64,000 nucleotides of DNA. Source: Phycisphaerae bacterium (GTDB taxonomy: Bacteria > Planctomycetota > Phycisphaerae > UBA1845 > Fen-1342). The stretch is taken from assembly GCA_963675745.2 (NCBI GenBank), contig CAXXWX010000015.1, positions 160,001 through 224,000 on the forward strand. The letters are read 5' to 3'. How positions within the stretch are numbered: the first letter of the stretch is position 1; each line of letters opens with the position of its first letter. The notes beneath the pieces were generated by a model. The model was not told the DNA's origin. It did no database searches and saw nothing but the letters and a program-made list of their open reading frames with translations. The position numbers and the translations under genes are program-made. Shown here piece by piece: positions 29,361 through 38,797 of this stretch.

Positions 29361-31019
29361 ATGAAGACGCTCTGTATCGCCGCTGCGCTGGTTGGTATCT
29401 GTGCTTCTTCGCTCGCCGGTGAACCGCACAAGCTGATGCCGCCTGGCGTCGCGCCGGCCGGCCCGGCTCGCGTTCACACGCCATCAGACGCTTCCAAACC
29501 CCTAGCGTTCGATCCGCCGGCGGTCGCCTATTCAAACTCGATCAACAATATCTGGGGCTGCGATACCAGCGTGCCCGGCTGGTTTGCCGACGACCTTGAG
29601 CTGGTCGGCGGCGGCCTGCTCACCGAACTGAGCACGAGTTTCTGGAGCTGGCACCCTGAAAACCCCGAAGACCCGAACGTCGCAGCCGGCATTGTCAGTG
29701 CGGAGGTCACGATCGAGCTGCGCCGCGCGGACGACGACCTGTTGCTGGGCAGCTTCTCACGCACGCTCGACTATGGCCCCAACGACCCATTACTCCATAA
29801 CCAGTCGAGTATCTGGACGTTCACCGGTCTGGAGACCGAGAACATCCAATTGGCCAACCGCAATGTGCTGGCCCGCATGATCGTCAACAGCATCGTCTAC
29901 GACAATCCGGATCCCAACACTCACGGCGGCTGGGGGCAGATTGTCTATGTCGATCCAAACCACGCCTATTGCCAGGGCACGGTCTACACGGCGGTTGAAA
30001 ACCCGGTCGGAACCAGCAGCCAGTACTTCGACAACAACGAAGGACACTGGTGGTACGGCCCGTGCGTCGACGGCGGCACCTATCCGGGACAGGGCACACC
30101 CGGCAATTTCTACTGGGAGCTGAAGGTCGTCGAGCTCGAGCCGTTAGAGGTGATCATCGACCGCCGACCAGAGTTCCCGTCGCCGCTTGCGCGTTATTGG
30201 TTCGATCCGGCGATTCCTGATTTCGGCGGCGGAAGCGGGAACTGGCGGAGCGACCTGCCGGATTACGTCCCATTCGACGTGGGCTCGGAATACACACTCG
30301 CCGCCGACCCGAACTCGATGTCCGGCGAGCTGGCGTGTTTGGGCTGGGTTTTCCGCAAGGTGGGCGGCACGGTCGATCGCCAGCCGCTGTCCGAAACGCC
30401 CTACCCCGGCATCATCGCGACCGACTACGCCGAGCTGCACATGTTGTTCGAGACGCAGACGACCATAACGGTTGTGGATGGCGACAACACGCCGCTGAGT
30501 CGTCTTGTGACAATCGGCAACCGCGACCCGAACGACCCGAACAACCCGTTGATTCCGCTGCTCGATCGGCGGGGTCAGGGCAGCGCGATCGCGCCGTTCA
30601 CCCGATACTACAACCCGGTGATCGAGGTCCCGCCGTACAACAACCAGGTGGTCGTGTTCGAGGTGGATGCCGATCCGGACACCGAGGTGGTTGCGTCGGC
30701 GTGGACGCGCTGGGATGACAGCGTGCTGCTGCTCGACGGCGTCCGCAGCGGCAACATGGTGATTCACCGCTTCAAGGCCGCCGAGTTCACGGTCGCCGAC
30801 GCCGGGCCGCCGTGCCTGGAGCGGGGTGATACTAATTGTGACGGGCTTGTGAATCATGAGTTTGATGCTTTCGTTATTGCATTGACGATGGGGCAAGACG
30901 CCTGGGAGGCGCTGCCATCATCGACGTGCGACTTCTTTTGCGCCAACGACATCAATGGTGATGGATCAGTGAATAACGGCGATATCGACCCGTTCATTGC
31001 ACTGCTCACCGGGAAGTAA
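29361..31019 (+). CDS. Secreted protein with C-terminal dockerin-like domain
   Basis: RBS GGAGGA; signal peptide; GDTNCDGLVN...[16 protein letters not shown]. Confidence 0.85.
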   Translation: MKTLCIAAALVGICASSLAGEPHKLMPPGVAPAGPARVHTPSDASKPLAFDPPAVAYSNSINNIWGCDTSVPGWFADDLELVGGGLLTELSTSFWSWHPENPEDPNVAAGIVSAEVTIELRRADDDLLLGSFSRTLDYGPNDPLLHNQSSIWTFTGLETENIQLANRNVLARMIVNSIVYDNPDPNTHGGWGQIVYVDPNHAYCQGTVYTAVENPVGTSSQYFDNNEGHWWYGPCVDGGTYPGQGTPGNFYWELKVVELEPLEVIIDRRPEFPSPLARYWFDPAIPDFGGGSGNWRSDLPDYVPFDVGSEYTLAADPNSMSGELACLGWVFRKVGGTVDRQPLSETPYPGIIATDYAELHMLFETQTTITVVDGDNTPLSRLVTIGNRDPNDPNNPLIPLLDRRGQGSAIAPFTRYYNPVIEVPPYNNQVVVFEVDADPDTEVVASAWTRWDDSVLLLDGVRSGNMVIHRFKAAEFTVADAGPPCLERGDTNCDGLVNHEFDAFVIALTMGQDAWEALPSSTCDFFCANDINGDGSVNNGDIDPFIALLTGK

Positions 31020-31108
31020 CGCGACCACGGGGGCAACACCCACCGCCGGTCCCGTGGCCCGGTCCTTTTGGCGCCGGCCCGGCGAACCGACGGCGCTGAT
31101 GACCGAGA

Positions 31109-31137
31109 TTGACTGAGCGCGTCGGTGTGGCTAGCAT
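31109..31137 (+). promoter_or_regulatory. Sigma-70-type promoter of the tRNA
   Basis: TTGACT-N17-TAGCAT. Confidence 0.6.
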
Positions 31138-31158
31138 AGCATAACCTGCCATGTAGCC

Positions 31159-31232
31159 GGGCGTTTAGCTCAGTCGGCTAGAGCGCATCCTTCACACGGA
31201 TGAGGTCACTGGTTCGAGTCCAGTAACGCCCA
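31159..31232 (+). tRNA. tRNA-Val (anticodon CAC), CCA not encoded
   Basis: Acceptor GGGCGTT/AACGCCC+A, D-arm TAGCTCAGTCGGCTAGAGC, anticodon arm CATCC-TTCACAC-GGATG, T-loop GTTCGAGTC. Confidence 0.96.
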
Positions 31233-31450
31233 CTTTTGTAGGTCACGCCGAACGTTTCGTTTAGCAAACCTGCCTGCGTCTGGTGGTGCGGCTCAGGGAT
31301 CCGCGAAAAACGGTACATACCGTTTTTGCGGCTCGGGCCGGCGCAGTCGTTCATGGCGCAAGGGGGAGGATGCGCGCTTCAGCCGCATCAACTGCCCCGC
31401 CGCGTTCCACGCATACTCCAGCACGTCGCCGGACGTCTTCGTCTGCTTCG

Positions 31451-34400
31451 TCAGCCGGCCGCTTGCAGCACGGCGAAGTCCTCCATGTCGCAGTCACCGT
31501 CGCCATCCAGATCGGCGGGGCGGCACCCGCCGCTCACCGGGGCAAACGGACCCGCGAGACACGGTGTCAGCATCGCCATGTCTTCCTCATCCACGTCGCC
31601 ATCGCCATCCACGTCGCCCAGAATGCGGTACTCGTAGGCGCCCATGTCTACGATTGGCGGCGTCCCGCCGCCGCTATCCGTCGTATTGGGGTCCTCGGCG
31701 AAGCGCGGGCTTCCTAAGAGGTCAAATGGCAGCGCTTCGGCCGTGTTGCCGTCGTCATCAAGGTCGGGCATGTCCGGAGGCACAGCCGAGTTGTCGCCCG
31801 CGTCGATGCAAGGCGAGCCGGCTGCCAGGCGGTGGTCGTTGTCCTCCCACGTATTCTGTTCGTCGTCGGGCCCATCGGGATCGACGAACACCGGATCGGC
31901 ATCAATGCAGCCAGCGCCGAACCAAGGCTGCCCAGTGCCGCCCGCAACGTCCGAGTACGTCACGGCTGGGCTGCAACCGTAGATCTCATCCGGCGAGTCC
32001 CCGTAGAAGATGCAATTCGTAATCACAGGCGGGTGTCCATACTCGCAGTAAAGCCCGCCGCCGCCGGCGGATGCTGTATTCCCACTGAATGTGCAATTCA
32101 CAAACGTCGAGCCAAGATCCCAGATGCAGCAGACGCCGTGCATCGAATTCCCGCTGATCGTACAGTTGGTAAGCGTCGGACCGCTTTCCCAACCGGCGAG
32201 GAGGCCACCGCAGCCGGTGGCCGAATTTCCGCTGATTGTGCAGTTGGTGAGCACCGGATCGCTTTCCACGCAGTAGATTCCGCCGGCATCGCCCCCGGGG
32301 TCGGCGGTGTTCCCGCCGATTGTGCAGTTGGTGAGTGTCGGACAGCCGTCAGAGCAGTACATGCCCCCACCGAAAGACGTCACTGAGTTCGCGCGGATCG
32401 CACAGTCCATGAGAGCCGGAGCGCTCTCATCCTCGGAGAAGACGCCGCCGCCGTCGTCCGCCGTGTTCCCGCTGACTGTGCAGTTGGTCAGGGTAGGGCT
32501 GCCGCTATAGCAACCAACGCCGCCACCACCCCCGGCCGCGCTTTCGCAAATCATGCAGTCGGCCAGCGTCGGGTTGCTGCCTGCGCGGCAAAGAACGGCG
32601 CCGCCGTAGTCGCCACCGGGGCTACTTTCATCAACGTGGCCATTCCTGATTGTGAGCCATCGCACGGCTGCTTCCGGTCCTTCGCCCTTGTGGAAGTAAA
32701 AGCCACGGCCGTCGCCTTCACAGTCGATGACGCACGCGTTCGGAATATTGCTTGCGCTGCTCACCGTGATGGTTCGGCCGTCGAAGTCCAGGTTCTTGTT
32801 ACCTGCTCCCGTGTACGTTCCATCCGCAACCACGACTGTGTCACCTTCGTGCCAATGGCACGCGTCAATGGCTGCCTGGATGGTCACCTTCGGGCCGTGC
32901 TCGCCATCCCAGGCTGGTGCCAGACCATCCCAAGCGTCATCCCCCCCCGGATCGACATGAAACACACGCGGCGGCACGAGCGGATCGGTGCCATTGATGT
33001 ACTCCTCGAGATTCAGCCGGCCGTCGGCATCATCGTCAGCCGCCGAATCGCCTGCGGTCGCCGAGCCGAAATAGTGCTGCTCCCACCAGTCCGGCAAGCC
33101 GTCACCGTCACCGTCGAGCCACTCATCGGAGCCGATGTCCACGAAATCGCCACTGGTCCGTGGCTCACCATCTATGTCAGTCTGGCCAGCGTAACTCCCG
33201 TTGGGATCCCCGTTTTCCAGACATGGAGAGCCGGCTGTCAAATGGCCGTCCGGAGTCAAGGCCGGGTCCAGTTCGATGCAGCCGGGGCCAAACCATGGCT
33301 CACCGGTCCCGCCCTTGACGTTGCTATAGGTGACGGTCGGATTGCCTCCAAGGAAGAAGATCGCGGTCTGCTTGTTGGTCCATATGACACAGTTGGCGAA
33401 TGCCGGCTCACCGCTGCCACTGCACGAAACGCTGTCGTAGCTGTTGCTCCTGTTGCCGGCGATTGTGCAGCCAGCAAACGTCGGGCTGCCGGCAAAGCAG
33501 CGCACGCCACCACCGCTTCCCTCGCTCCAATTGCCGGTAATCGTGCTATTCGCAAGCGTTGGGCTGCTAGAACTGAAGTAGATGCCACCCCCGCCGGTTT
33601 CGGCCGCGTTTCGGCGGAGTGTGCAGTTGGTGAGCATGGGGCTGCTGCTGTCGCAGTACACGCCGCCGCCGTAGCCGCCACCAGGGCTGCTATCGTGGAT
33701 CTCGCCGTTCGTGATCGTCAGGCCCCGCACGATTGCGTGTGGTCCCTCGCCACCGTGGAAATAGAATCCGCGACCGCTACCTTCGCAATCGATGATGCAT
33801 AACGCAGGATCGCCCGAGGCGCTGCGCACCGTGATCGTTTTCCCATGGAAGTCCAGGTCCTTGTTGCCCGTCCCGGTGTACGTGCCATCGGCGATCTCGA
33901 CGGTGTCGCCCGGCCCCGCCGCGTCGATCGCGGCTTGGATCGTGGGATACTCGCTCGGGACGAGAAGCGTATCACTCTGCTCCTGAAACTCATACGCGCC
34001 CATGTCGACCATCGGAGCCGTGCCGCTCCCGGTATCCGCCAGGCCGGGATCGTCGACGAAACGCGGTGCGTGATCCAGATCCCACGGCGTTGCTTCGGTC
34101 GTGTCGCCGTCGCCATCCAGGTCCAGCGTATCGGCCGGTACGCTCGCGTTATCGCCCGCATCGATGCAGGGCGAGAAGGCCAGCAGCCGGAAGTCGTTGT
34201 CCTGCCACGTGTTCGGGTCGTTGTCGGGCCCGTTGGGATCGACGAAGCGCGGGTCGGCGTCGATGCAACCCGCGCCGAACCAGGTTTCGCCGGCCCCGCC
34301 CTGCACCAAGGAGTATGTGACGACCGGCCCAGCGGGGCCAGAGCCGATCTCGTCCGGCGCGTCGTTCCAGAGGACGCAGTTGGTCAACGTCGGGCTGCTG

Positions 34401-36496
34401 AGGTTGCAGTAAATGCCGCCTCCGTAGCTGCCGGCCGTGTTACCCGTGATCGTGCAGTTGGCCAACGTCGCGTTGCTCTCGAACCCGCACCACACGCCAC
34501 CGCCGCGGCCATCGATCGATGAGTTGTCGGCAATAGTGCAGTTGGTGAGGGTCGGGCAGGTGGTATCATTGCAGCAGACTCCGCCACCGTGCTGCACGCT
34601 TGAATTGCCGGTGATGGCACAGTTGGTCAACGTTGGGTTGCTTCCCTCGCAGTGGACGCCGCCACCGCGGTTGCTGGTCGAATTATCGGTTATCTGGCAG
34701 CTGGTCAGCGTCGGGAAGCTGAAGTCGCAGCAGATGCCGCCGCCGTCGTCAGCCGTGTTGTTGGTGATCACGCAGTTTGTCAGCGTCGGATCGCTGAAGG
34801 AGCAGTAGACGCCACCTCCGCCGCCGCTGCCGGAATCGACGTGACCGTTCGTGATTGTCAGACCCTGTACGACTGAGTCTGGGCCTTCGCCGCTGTGGAA
34901 ATGGAAGCCGCGACCGCTGTCTTCGCAGTCGATGGTACAGAGCGCTGGATCGCCGCTGGCACTGCGCACCGTGATCACCTTGCCGCCGAAGTCGAGGTCC
35001 TTGTTACCCGTCCCGGTGTACGTGCCGTCAGCGATCTCTACGATTTCGCACCACCCAGCCGCATCGATCGCGGCCTGGATCGTGGCGTATTCGCTCGGGA
35101 CGTGCAGCGTCCGCACCTGGAATTCGTACGCGCCCATGTCGACCACCGGAGGTGTGCCGTTTCCAGTATCCGTCGTGCATGGAACGTCGATGAAGCGCGG
35201 CGCTTCATCCAAATCCCAAGGCAGCGGTTCGGTCGTGTTTTCGTCGCCATCGAGGTCCAGCGCATCGGCCGGCACGCTCGCGTTGTCGCCCGCGTCGATG
35301 CAGGGTGAGGTCTCCAGCAGCCGGAAGTCGTTGTCCCACCACGTGTCCGGGTCGTCGTCCGGCCCGTCGGGATCGACGAAGCCCGGCGTGGTGTCGATAC
35401 ACCCGGTTCCGAACCAGGACTCGCCGGTACCGCCCTGCACCAGACTGTACGTGACCACGGGAGTGCCGGGATTGACGTAGATCTCGTCGGGTGTGTCACC
35501 CCAGAGGACGCAATTGGTCAACGTGGGACTGCCGGTGTCACAGCGTAGACCACCGCCGCCATTGTCAGCCGAATTGCCGCTAATCGTGCAGTTGGTCAGC
35601 GCGGGGCTGCTGGCGTCGCAACGCACACCGCCGCCGATGCCGGCCGTATTCGCGCTGATGGTACAGTTGGTCAGCACGATGCCGTCGCCGACGCACAATA
35701 CGCCGCCACCGCCTCCGCCGGCGACAACCGTATTCCCGCTGATCGTGCAGTTGGTGAGCGTTGTGTTTCCGCTGCACGCGATGCCAGCCCCGCCGCCGCT
35801 GACATTCTCAGTGATCGTGCAGTTAATCAGCGTCGGGCTGCCGAGGGTGCACCAGACGCCGCCGCCGACGGTGTAGGCGGTGCCCTCATTGCCACTGATC
35901 GTGCAGTCGGTCAGTAGTGGGCTGCTGTCGCTACAGAAAATGCCAGCGCCTAAGACGAACCAGTCCTCGGAGTCGATCGAATTCGTGTTGATCGTGCAGT
36001 TGGTCAGCGTCGGACTGCCACCGGAGATGTACACGCCTCCGCCGCAGCTACCGGGCCCCGCGCGGTTACCGGTGATCGTACAGTTGGTCAGCACTGGACT
36101 GGCGGCGGTGATGTGCACGCCACCGCCGCCGGGGTCATACTCGACGTACCCATCCGTGATCGCCAACCCATCGACGATCGAGGTGGCCCCCTCCCCGCTG
36201 TGGAAATAGAACCCGCGGCCAGACCCTTGACAATTGATGATACACAGTGCCGGATCGCCCGAAGCGCTGCGCACCGTGATCGCCTTGCCGCCGAAGTCGA
36301 GGTTCTTATTGCCGGCCCCGGTGTACGTACCGTTGGCGACTATGACCACGTCAGCGTTGTTCGGATCAGCCGCGTCGATGGCCGCCTGGATCGTCGGATA
36401 CTCACTCGGCACATGCTGCTCTTCAGCAATGGCAGCGCACGCGATGGCAGCGACAGCAAGCAGCGCGGACCGGGCTTGGAATCGTGAGGTTCTCAT
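31451..36496 (-). CDS. Large secreted right-handed beta-helix repeat protein (four modules) with C-terminal dockerin-like domain
   Basis: Four TIQAAID...YTGxGNKxLDFxG modules, many LTNCTIxGN/GGG(V/I)xC coils, SPCIDAGDN...DMGAYE closers, final GDVDGDGDVD...ADLDGDGDCD. Confidence 0.88.
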   Translation of the reverse strand: MRTSRFQARSALLAVAAIACAAIAEEQHVPSEYPTIQAAIDAADPNNADVVIVANGTYTGAGNKNLDFGGKAITVRSASGDPALCIINCQGSGRGFYFHSGEGATSIVDGLAITDGYVEYDPGGGGVHITAASPVLTNCTITGNRAGPGSCGGGVYISGGSPTLTNCTINTNSIDSEDWFVLGAGIFCSDSSPLLTDCTISGNEGTAYTVGGGVWCTLGSPTLINCTITENVSGGGAGIACSGNTTLTNCTISGNTVVAGGGGGGVLCVGDGIVLTNCTISANTAGIGGGVRCDASSPALTNCTISGNSADNGGGGLRCDTGSPTLTNCVLWGDTPDEIYVNPGTPVVTYSLVQGGTGESWFGTGCIDTTPGFVDPDGPDDDPDTWWDNDFRLLETSPCIDAGDNASVPADALDLDGDENTTEPLPWDLDEAPRFIDVPCTTDTGNGTPPVVDMGAYEFQVRTLHVPSEYATIQAAIDAAGWCEIVEIADGTYTGTGNKDLDFGGKVITVRSASGDPALCTIDCEDSGRGFHFHSGEGPDSVVQGLTITNGHVDSGSGGGGGVYCSFSDPTLTNCVITNNTADDGGGICCDFSFPTLTSCQITDNSTSNRGGGVHCEGSNPTLTNCAITGNSSVQHGGGVCCNDTTCPTLTNCTIADNSSIDGRGGGVWCGFESNATLANCTITGNTAGSYGGGIYCNLSSPTLTNCVLWNDAPDEIGSGPAGPVVTYSLVQGGAGETWFGAGCIDADPRFVDPNGPDNDPNTWQDNDFRLLAFSPCIDAGDNASVPADTLDLDGDGDTTEATPWDLDHAPRFVDDPGLADTGSGTAPMVDMGAYEFQEQSDTLLVPSEYPTIQAAIDAAGPGDTVEIADGTYTGTGNKDLDFHGKTITVRSASGDPALCIIDCEGSGRGFYFHGGEGPHAIVRGLTITNGEIHDSSPGGGYGGGVYCDSSSPMLTNCTLRRNAAETGGGGIYFSSSSPTLANSTITGNWSEGSGGGVRCFAGSPTFAGCTIAGNRSNSYDSVSCSGSGEPAFANCVIWTNKQTAIFFLGGNPTVTYSNVKGGTGEPWFGPGCIELDPALTPDGHLTAGSPCLENGDPNGSYAGQTDIDGEPRTSGDFVDIGSDEWLDGDGDGLPDWWEQHYFGSATAGDSAADDDADGRLNLEEYINGTDPLVPPRVFHVDPGGDDAWDGLAPAWDGEHGPKVTIQAAIDACHWHEGDTVVVADGTYTGAGNKNLDFDGRTITVSSASNIPNACVIDCEGDGRGFYFHKGEGPEAAVRWLTIRNGHVDESSPGGDYGGAVLCRAGSNPTLADCMICESAAGGGGGVGCYSGSPTLTNCTVSGNTADDGGGVFSEDESAPALMDCAIRANSVTSFGGGMYCSDGCPTLTNCTIGGNTADPGGDAGGIYCVESDPVLTNCTISGNSATGCGGLLAGWESGPTLTNCTISGNSMHGVCCIWDLGSTFVNCTFSGNTASAGGGGLYCEYGHPPVITNCIFYGDSPDEIYGCSPAVTYSDVAGGTGQPWFGAGCIDADPVFVDPDGPDDEQNTWEDNDHRLAAGSPCIDAGDNSAVPPDMPDLDDDGNTAEALPFDLLGSPRFAEDPNTTDSGGGTPPIVDMGAYEYRILGDVDGDGDVDEEDMAMLTPCLAGPFAPVSGGCRPADLDGDGDCDMEDFAVLQAAG

Positions 36497-36609
36497 ATCA
36501 CATTCTCCCTCGAATGGGGACGTGCATCCCAAGCCTGGCCGGACTGCCCGCGCCCCATTCGCCGTTTTGTCCACACCAGACCGCTGGTTCGCTGGATACC
36601 CATGAACGA

Positions 36610-37056
36610 CTACTGAGCGGACAACAGCACGAGGAATGCATCGATGTCGCCGTTGTTCGTCCAGCCGTCGCCGTTGATGTCCGCCAGATTAGGGTCGCAG
36701 TCCGGGAAAGTGAGTGCGTATGCGGCCGGATCGGTCAGGGCGAGCGTGAACGGGTCGATGTCGCCGTTGTTGATCCAACCGTCGCAGTTCAGGTCGCCGA
36801 CCTCAAACTGCGACCCGCTTTGCGGCGCGGCCCAGAAACCGCCGGCGAGTCGGAAGTCGCCGCCCGTCATGGTGACGGGGCCGGCGTCGGGCTGGCCTAT
36901 GGTGCCGAAGAGCACCAGGTCGCCGCCGGCAGACCACATAGCGCCGCCACCGTCGATGGTGTGCCAGGGTACTTCGTAATCCTGCGCCAGTGTCAGCATC
37001 GTGACAAGCAGACCAGCGCCGAGGGCGAGAGCTTTTGTTTTTTGGCGCGTATACAT
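36610..37056 (-). CDS. Small secreted protein with dockerin-like C-terminus
   Basis: Signal peptide; WHTIDGGG...GTIGQPDAG...[21 protein letters not shown]...[15 protein letters not shown]. Confidence 0.85.
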   Translation of the reverse strand: MYTRQKTKALALGAGLLVTMLTLAQDYEVPWHTIDGGGAMWSAGGDLVLFGTIGQPDAGPVTMTGGDFRLAGGFWAAPQSGSQFEVGDLNCDGWINNGDIDPFTLALTDPAAYALTFPDCDPNLADINGDGWTNNGDIDAFLVLLSAQ

Positions 37057-37139
37057 ATCGATCTCCGCACTTTGGTGCGGCCGCACGCCGGCCGGGACGT
37101 CGATATCGCCTTGCGGCCCTGGCCGACGGTGCCGCGTGG

Positions 37140-38774
37140 TCAGTCAATGGTCACGTCATAGCCCTTGAGCGTCAGGGGCCGGTCGATCACCAGATTCGGC
37201 ACCGCGAACGTGTTGACGCTGCCGGCTTTGAAGATGAGCGTGGTTCCGTCCGGGGCCTCGGCGATGGCCTCCTCGATGCCCCCATAGCTGTTGTCGGGAG
37301 AGCCGTCGCCCGAGCCGCTGGTATTCACAAACTGCACTACGTCGAGCGGTGCCAGGCGATACACCTGGCCCTGGTCGCTATCGAACCAGGGGAAGTCGTT
37401 CGGGTCGTTTGGGTCTGGATTACCGATCTTGTCACAGGAGTACCAATCGTCCCCACCGCCGCCCCAGCCCATGTTCATCAGGAACTGCGGGTCCTCCGGC
37501 GATGTATCGTAGCCGTAGACGACCCAGGCATGGCCACCGCGACGGTCAAAACCATGCATGATCACGGGCCGCAGCCACTGGATCTCATTGATCATCGTCG
37601 ACGTGCTCAGCCCTCCGGACGTGCCATCCGGGTCGTACCGGAAGTGGCTCTCCAACGCACCTGGGACATTCGAAGTAGAGGCACCAGACGCCAGGAGCCC
37701 GAAGTCCATGTGAACACACACCGCGACGTCGTAGCACAGTTCGGCAACGGCGTCGTCGCTGCTGTCCGGCGGATCGGCGTGCTGATCCTGGAGAATCGAC
37801 CAGTCGTACGTATGCATGCCCGGGTAGGCGTAGTATGTCGAGGTGTACTCGTTCATACGTAACCAGAGCATGAACAGCGCATTCCGGTACGCCGCGGCAT
37901 CGCTGTGGTTGTACGCTTCGCTGAACACTGAGTCGTCCCAGTACCCGTTCATGCGCAGTCGGCCGCCATTGGTGGGTGTCCACTCAAGGCGAGTCGGTGC
38001 CCACCACCACCCAGGGAAGTTGGGATCGGTGGACAAGGGCTCCTCAATCCAGCTCGTCTGCCAATGGCACGAGTAATCGACGTGGTCCGAGCCCACACCC
38101 GTCAACGGCCACTTCCAGTAGTACATGAGCTGACACGTCGCCGTGGCGGTGCATCCGACAACGGTGTGCTGATCGGTGTTGGGGTCCGGCGCCGGGCAAT
38201 CGTCATTGTAGGGCGAGCCTTGATCCCATTTGCACGTCAGCGGCAGCTCCATCCTCGTCGGCGCTGCCCGGTCACCGTCGTCACGCGTCATGACCGGAAC
38301 ACGCCCAACCGTCAGATCGGCCCAGAATGCCGCGCGCTCGGTTAGGGCTGGCTGGTAGCGCTGTAGCCGCGGGTCCCGGCGGCCAACGGCAGCGCGCAAT
38401 GCCTTGGTGCGCATATCGATTTCCCAGAGAATGTAGTCGTAATTCGGATTAGCGGTGTCGTAGGTCCCGTGCGGGCTGTAAAGGTACACGGGCAAAACCA
38501 GGTCATCCGCTCCACACAGGCAGAAACCGCCGGCGCTTAGATGGGCGATGTAGCCCGCCGTCTGATTGTCAACGACGTACGGCTCCATCGTTTTGATGAC
38601 TGCCCCGGGCCGGGCGTCGGCGGTGACATGGCGCACCCAGGTGGTGACGGCCGTGCGGACTTCGTCCTCTGTCAACGGGGCCGCGGATACCGGGCCGATG
38701 ACGAAGATGGCCACGGCGAGCATGCACAACGCAGTGCGGCGCGTCCGTGTTGTCTTGGCAGGAATCGTTGCCAT
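37140..38774 (-). CDS. Secreted C10 family (streptopain-like) cysteine peptidase
   Basis: Propeptide; WDQGSPYN; catalytic Cys [17 protein letters not shown]; catalytic His [16 protein letters not shown]. Confidence 0.88.
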   Translation of the reverse strand: MATIPAKTTRTRRTALCMLAVAIFVIGPVSAAPLTEDEVRTAVTTWVRHVTADARPGAVIKTMEPYVVDNQTAGYIAHLSAGGFCLCGADDLVLPVYLYSPHGTYDTANPNYDYILWEIDMRTKALRAAVGRRDPRLQRYQPALTERAAFWADLTVGRVPVMTRDDGDRAAPTRMELPLTCKWDQGSPYNDDCPAPDPNTDQHTVVGCTATATCQLMYYWKWPLTGVGSDHVDYSCHWQTSWIEEPLSTDPNFPGWWWAPTRLEWTPTNGGRLRMNGYWDDSVFSEAYNHSDAAAYRNALFMLWLRMNEYTSTYYAYPGMHTYDWSILQDQHADPPDSSDDAVAELCYDVAVCVHMDFGLLASGASTSNVPGALESHFRYDPDGTSGGLSTSTMINEIQWLRPVIMHGFDRRGGHAWVVYGYDTSPEDPQFLMNMGWGGGGDDWYSCDKIGNPDPNDPNDFPWFDSDQGQVYRLAPLDVVQFVNTSGSGDGSPDNSYGGIEEAIAEAPDGTTLIFKAGSVNTFAVPNLVIDRPLTLKGYDVTID

Positions 38775-38797
38775 GGTTGTACCCTCCTTCCAAGTGC

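Noticed and set aside
31451..36496. Periodic DNA repeats (GTGCAGTTGGT) as a possible CRISPR or non-coding array
   Set aside because: They are in-frame coding repeats of the beta-helix coils
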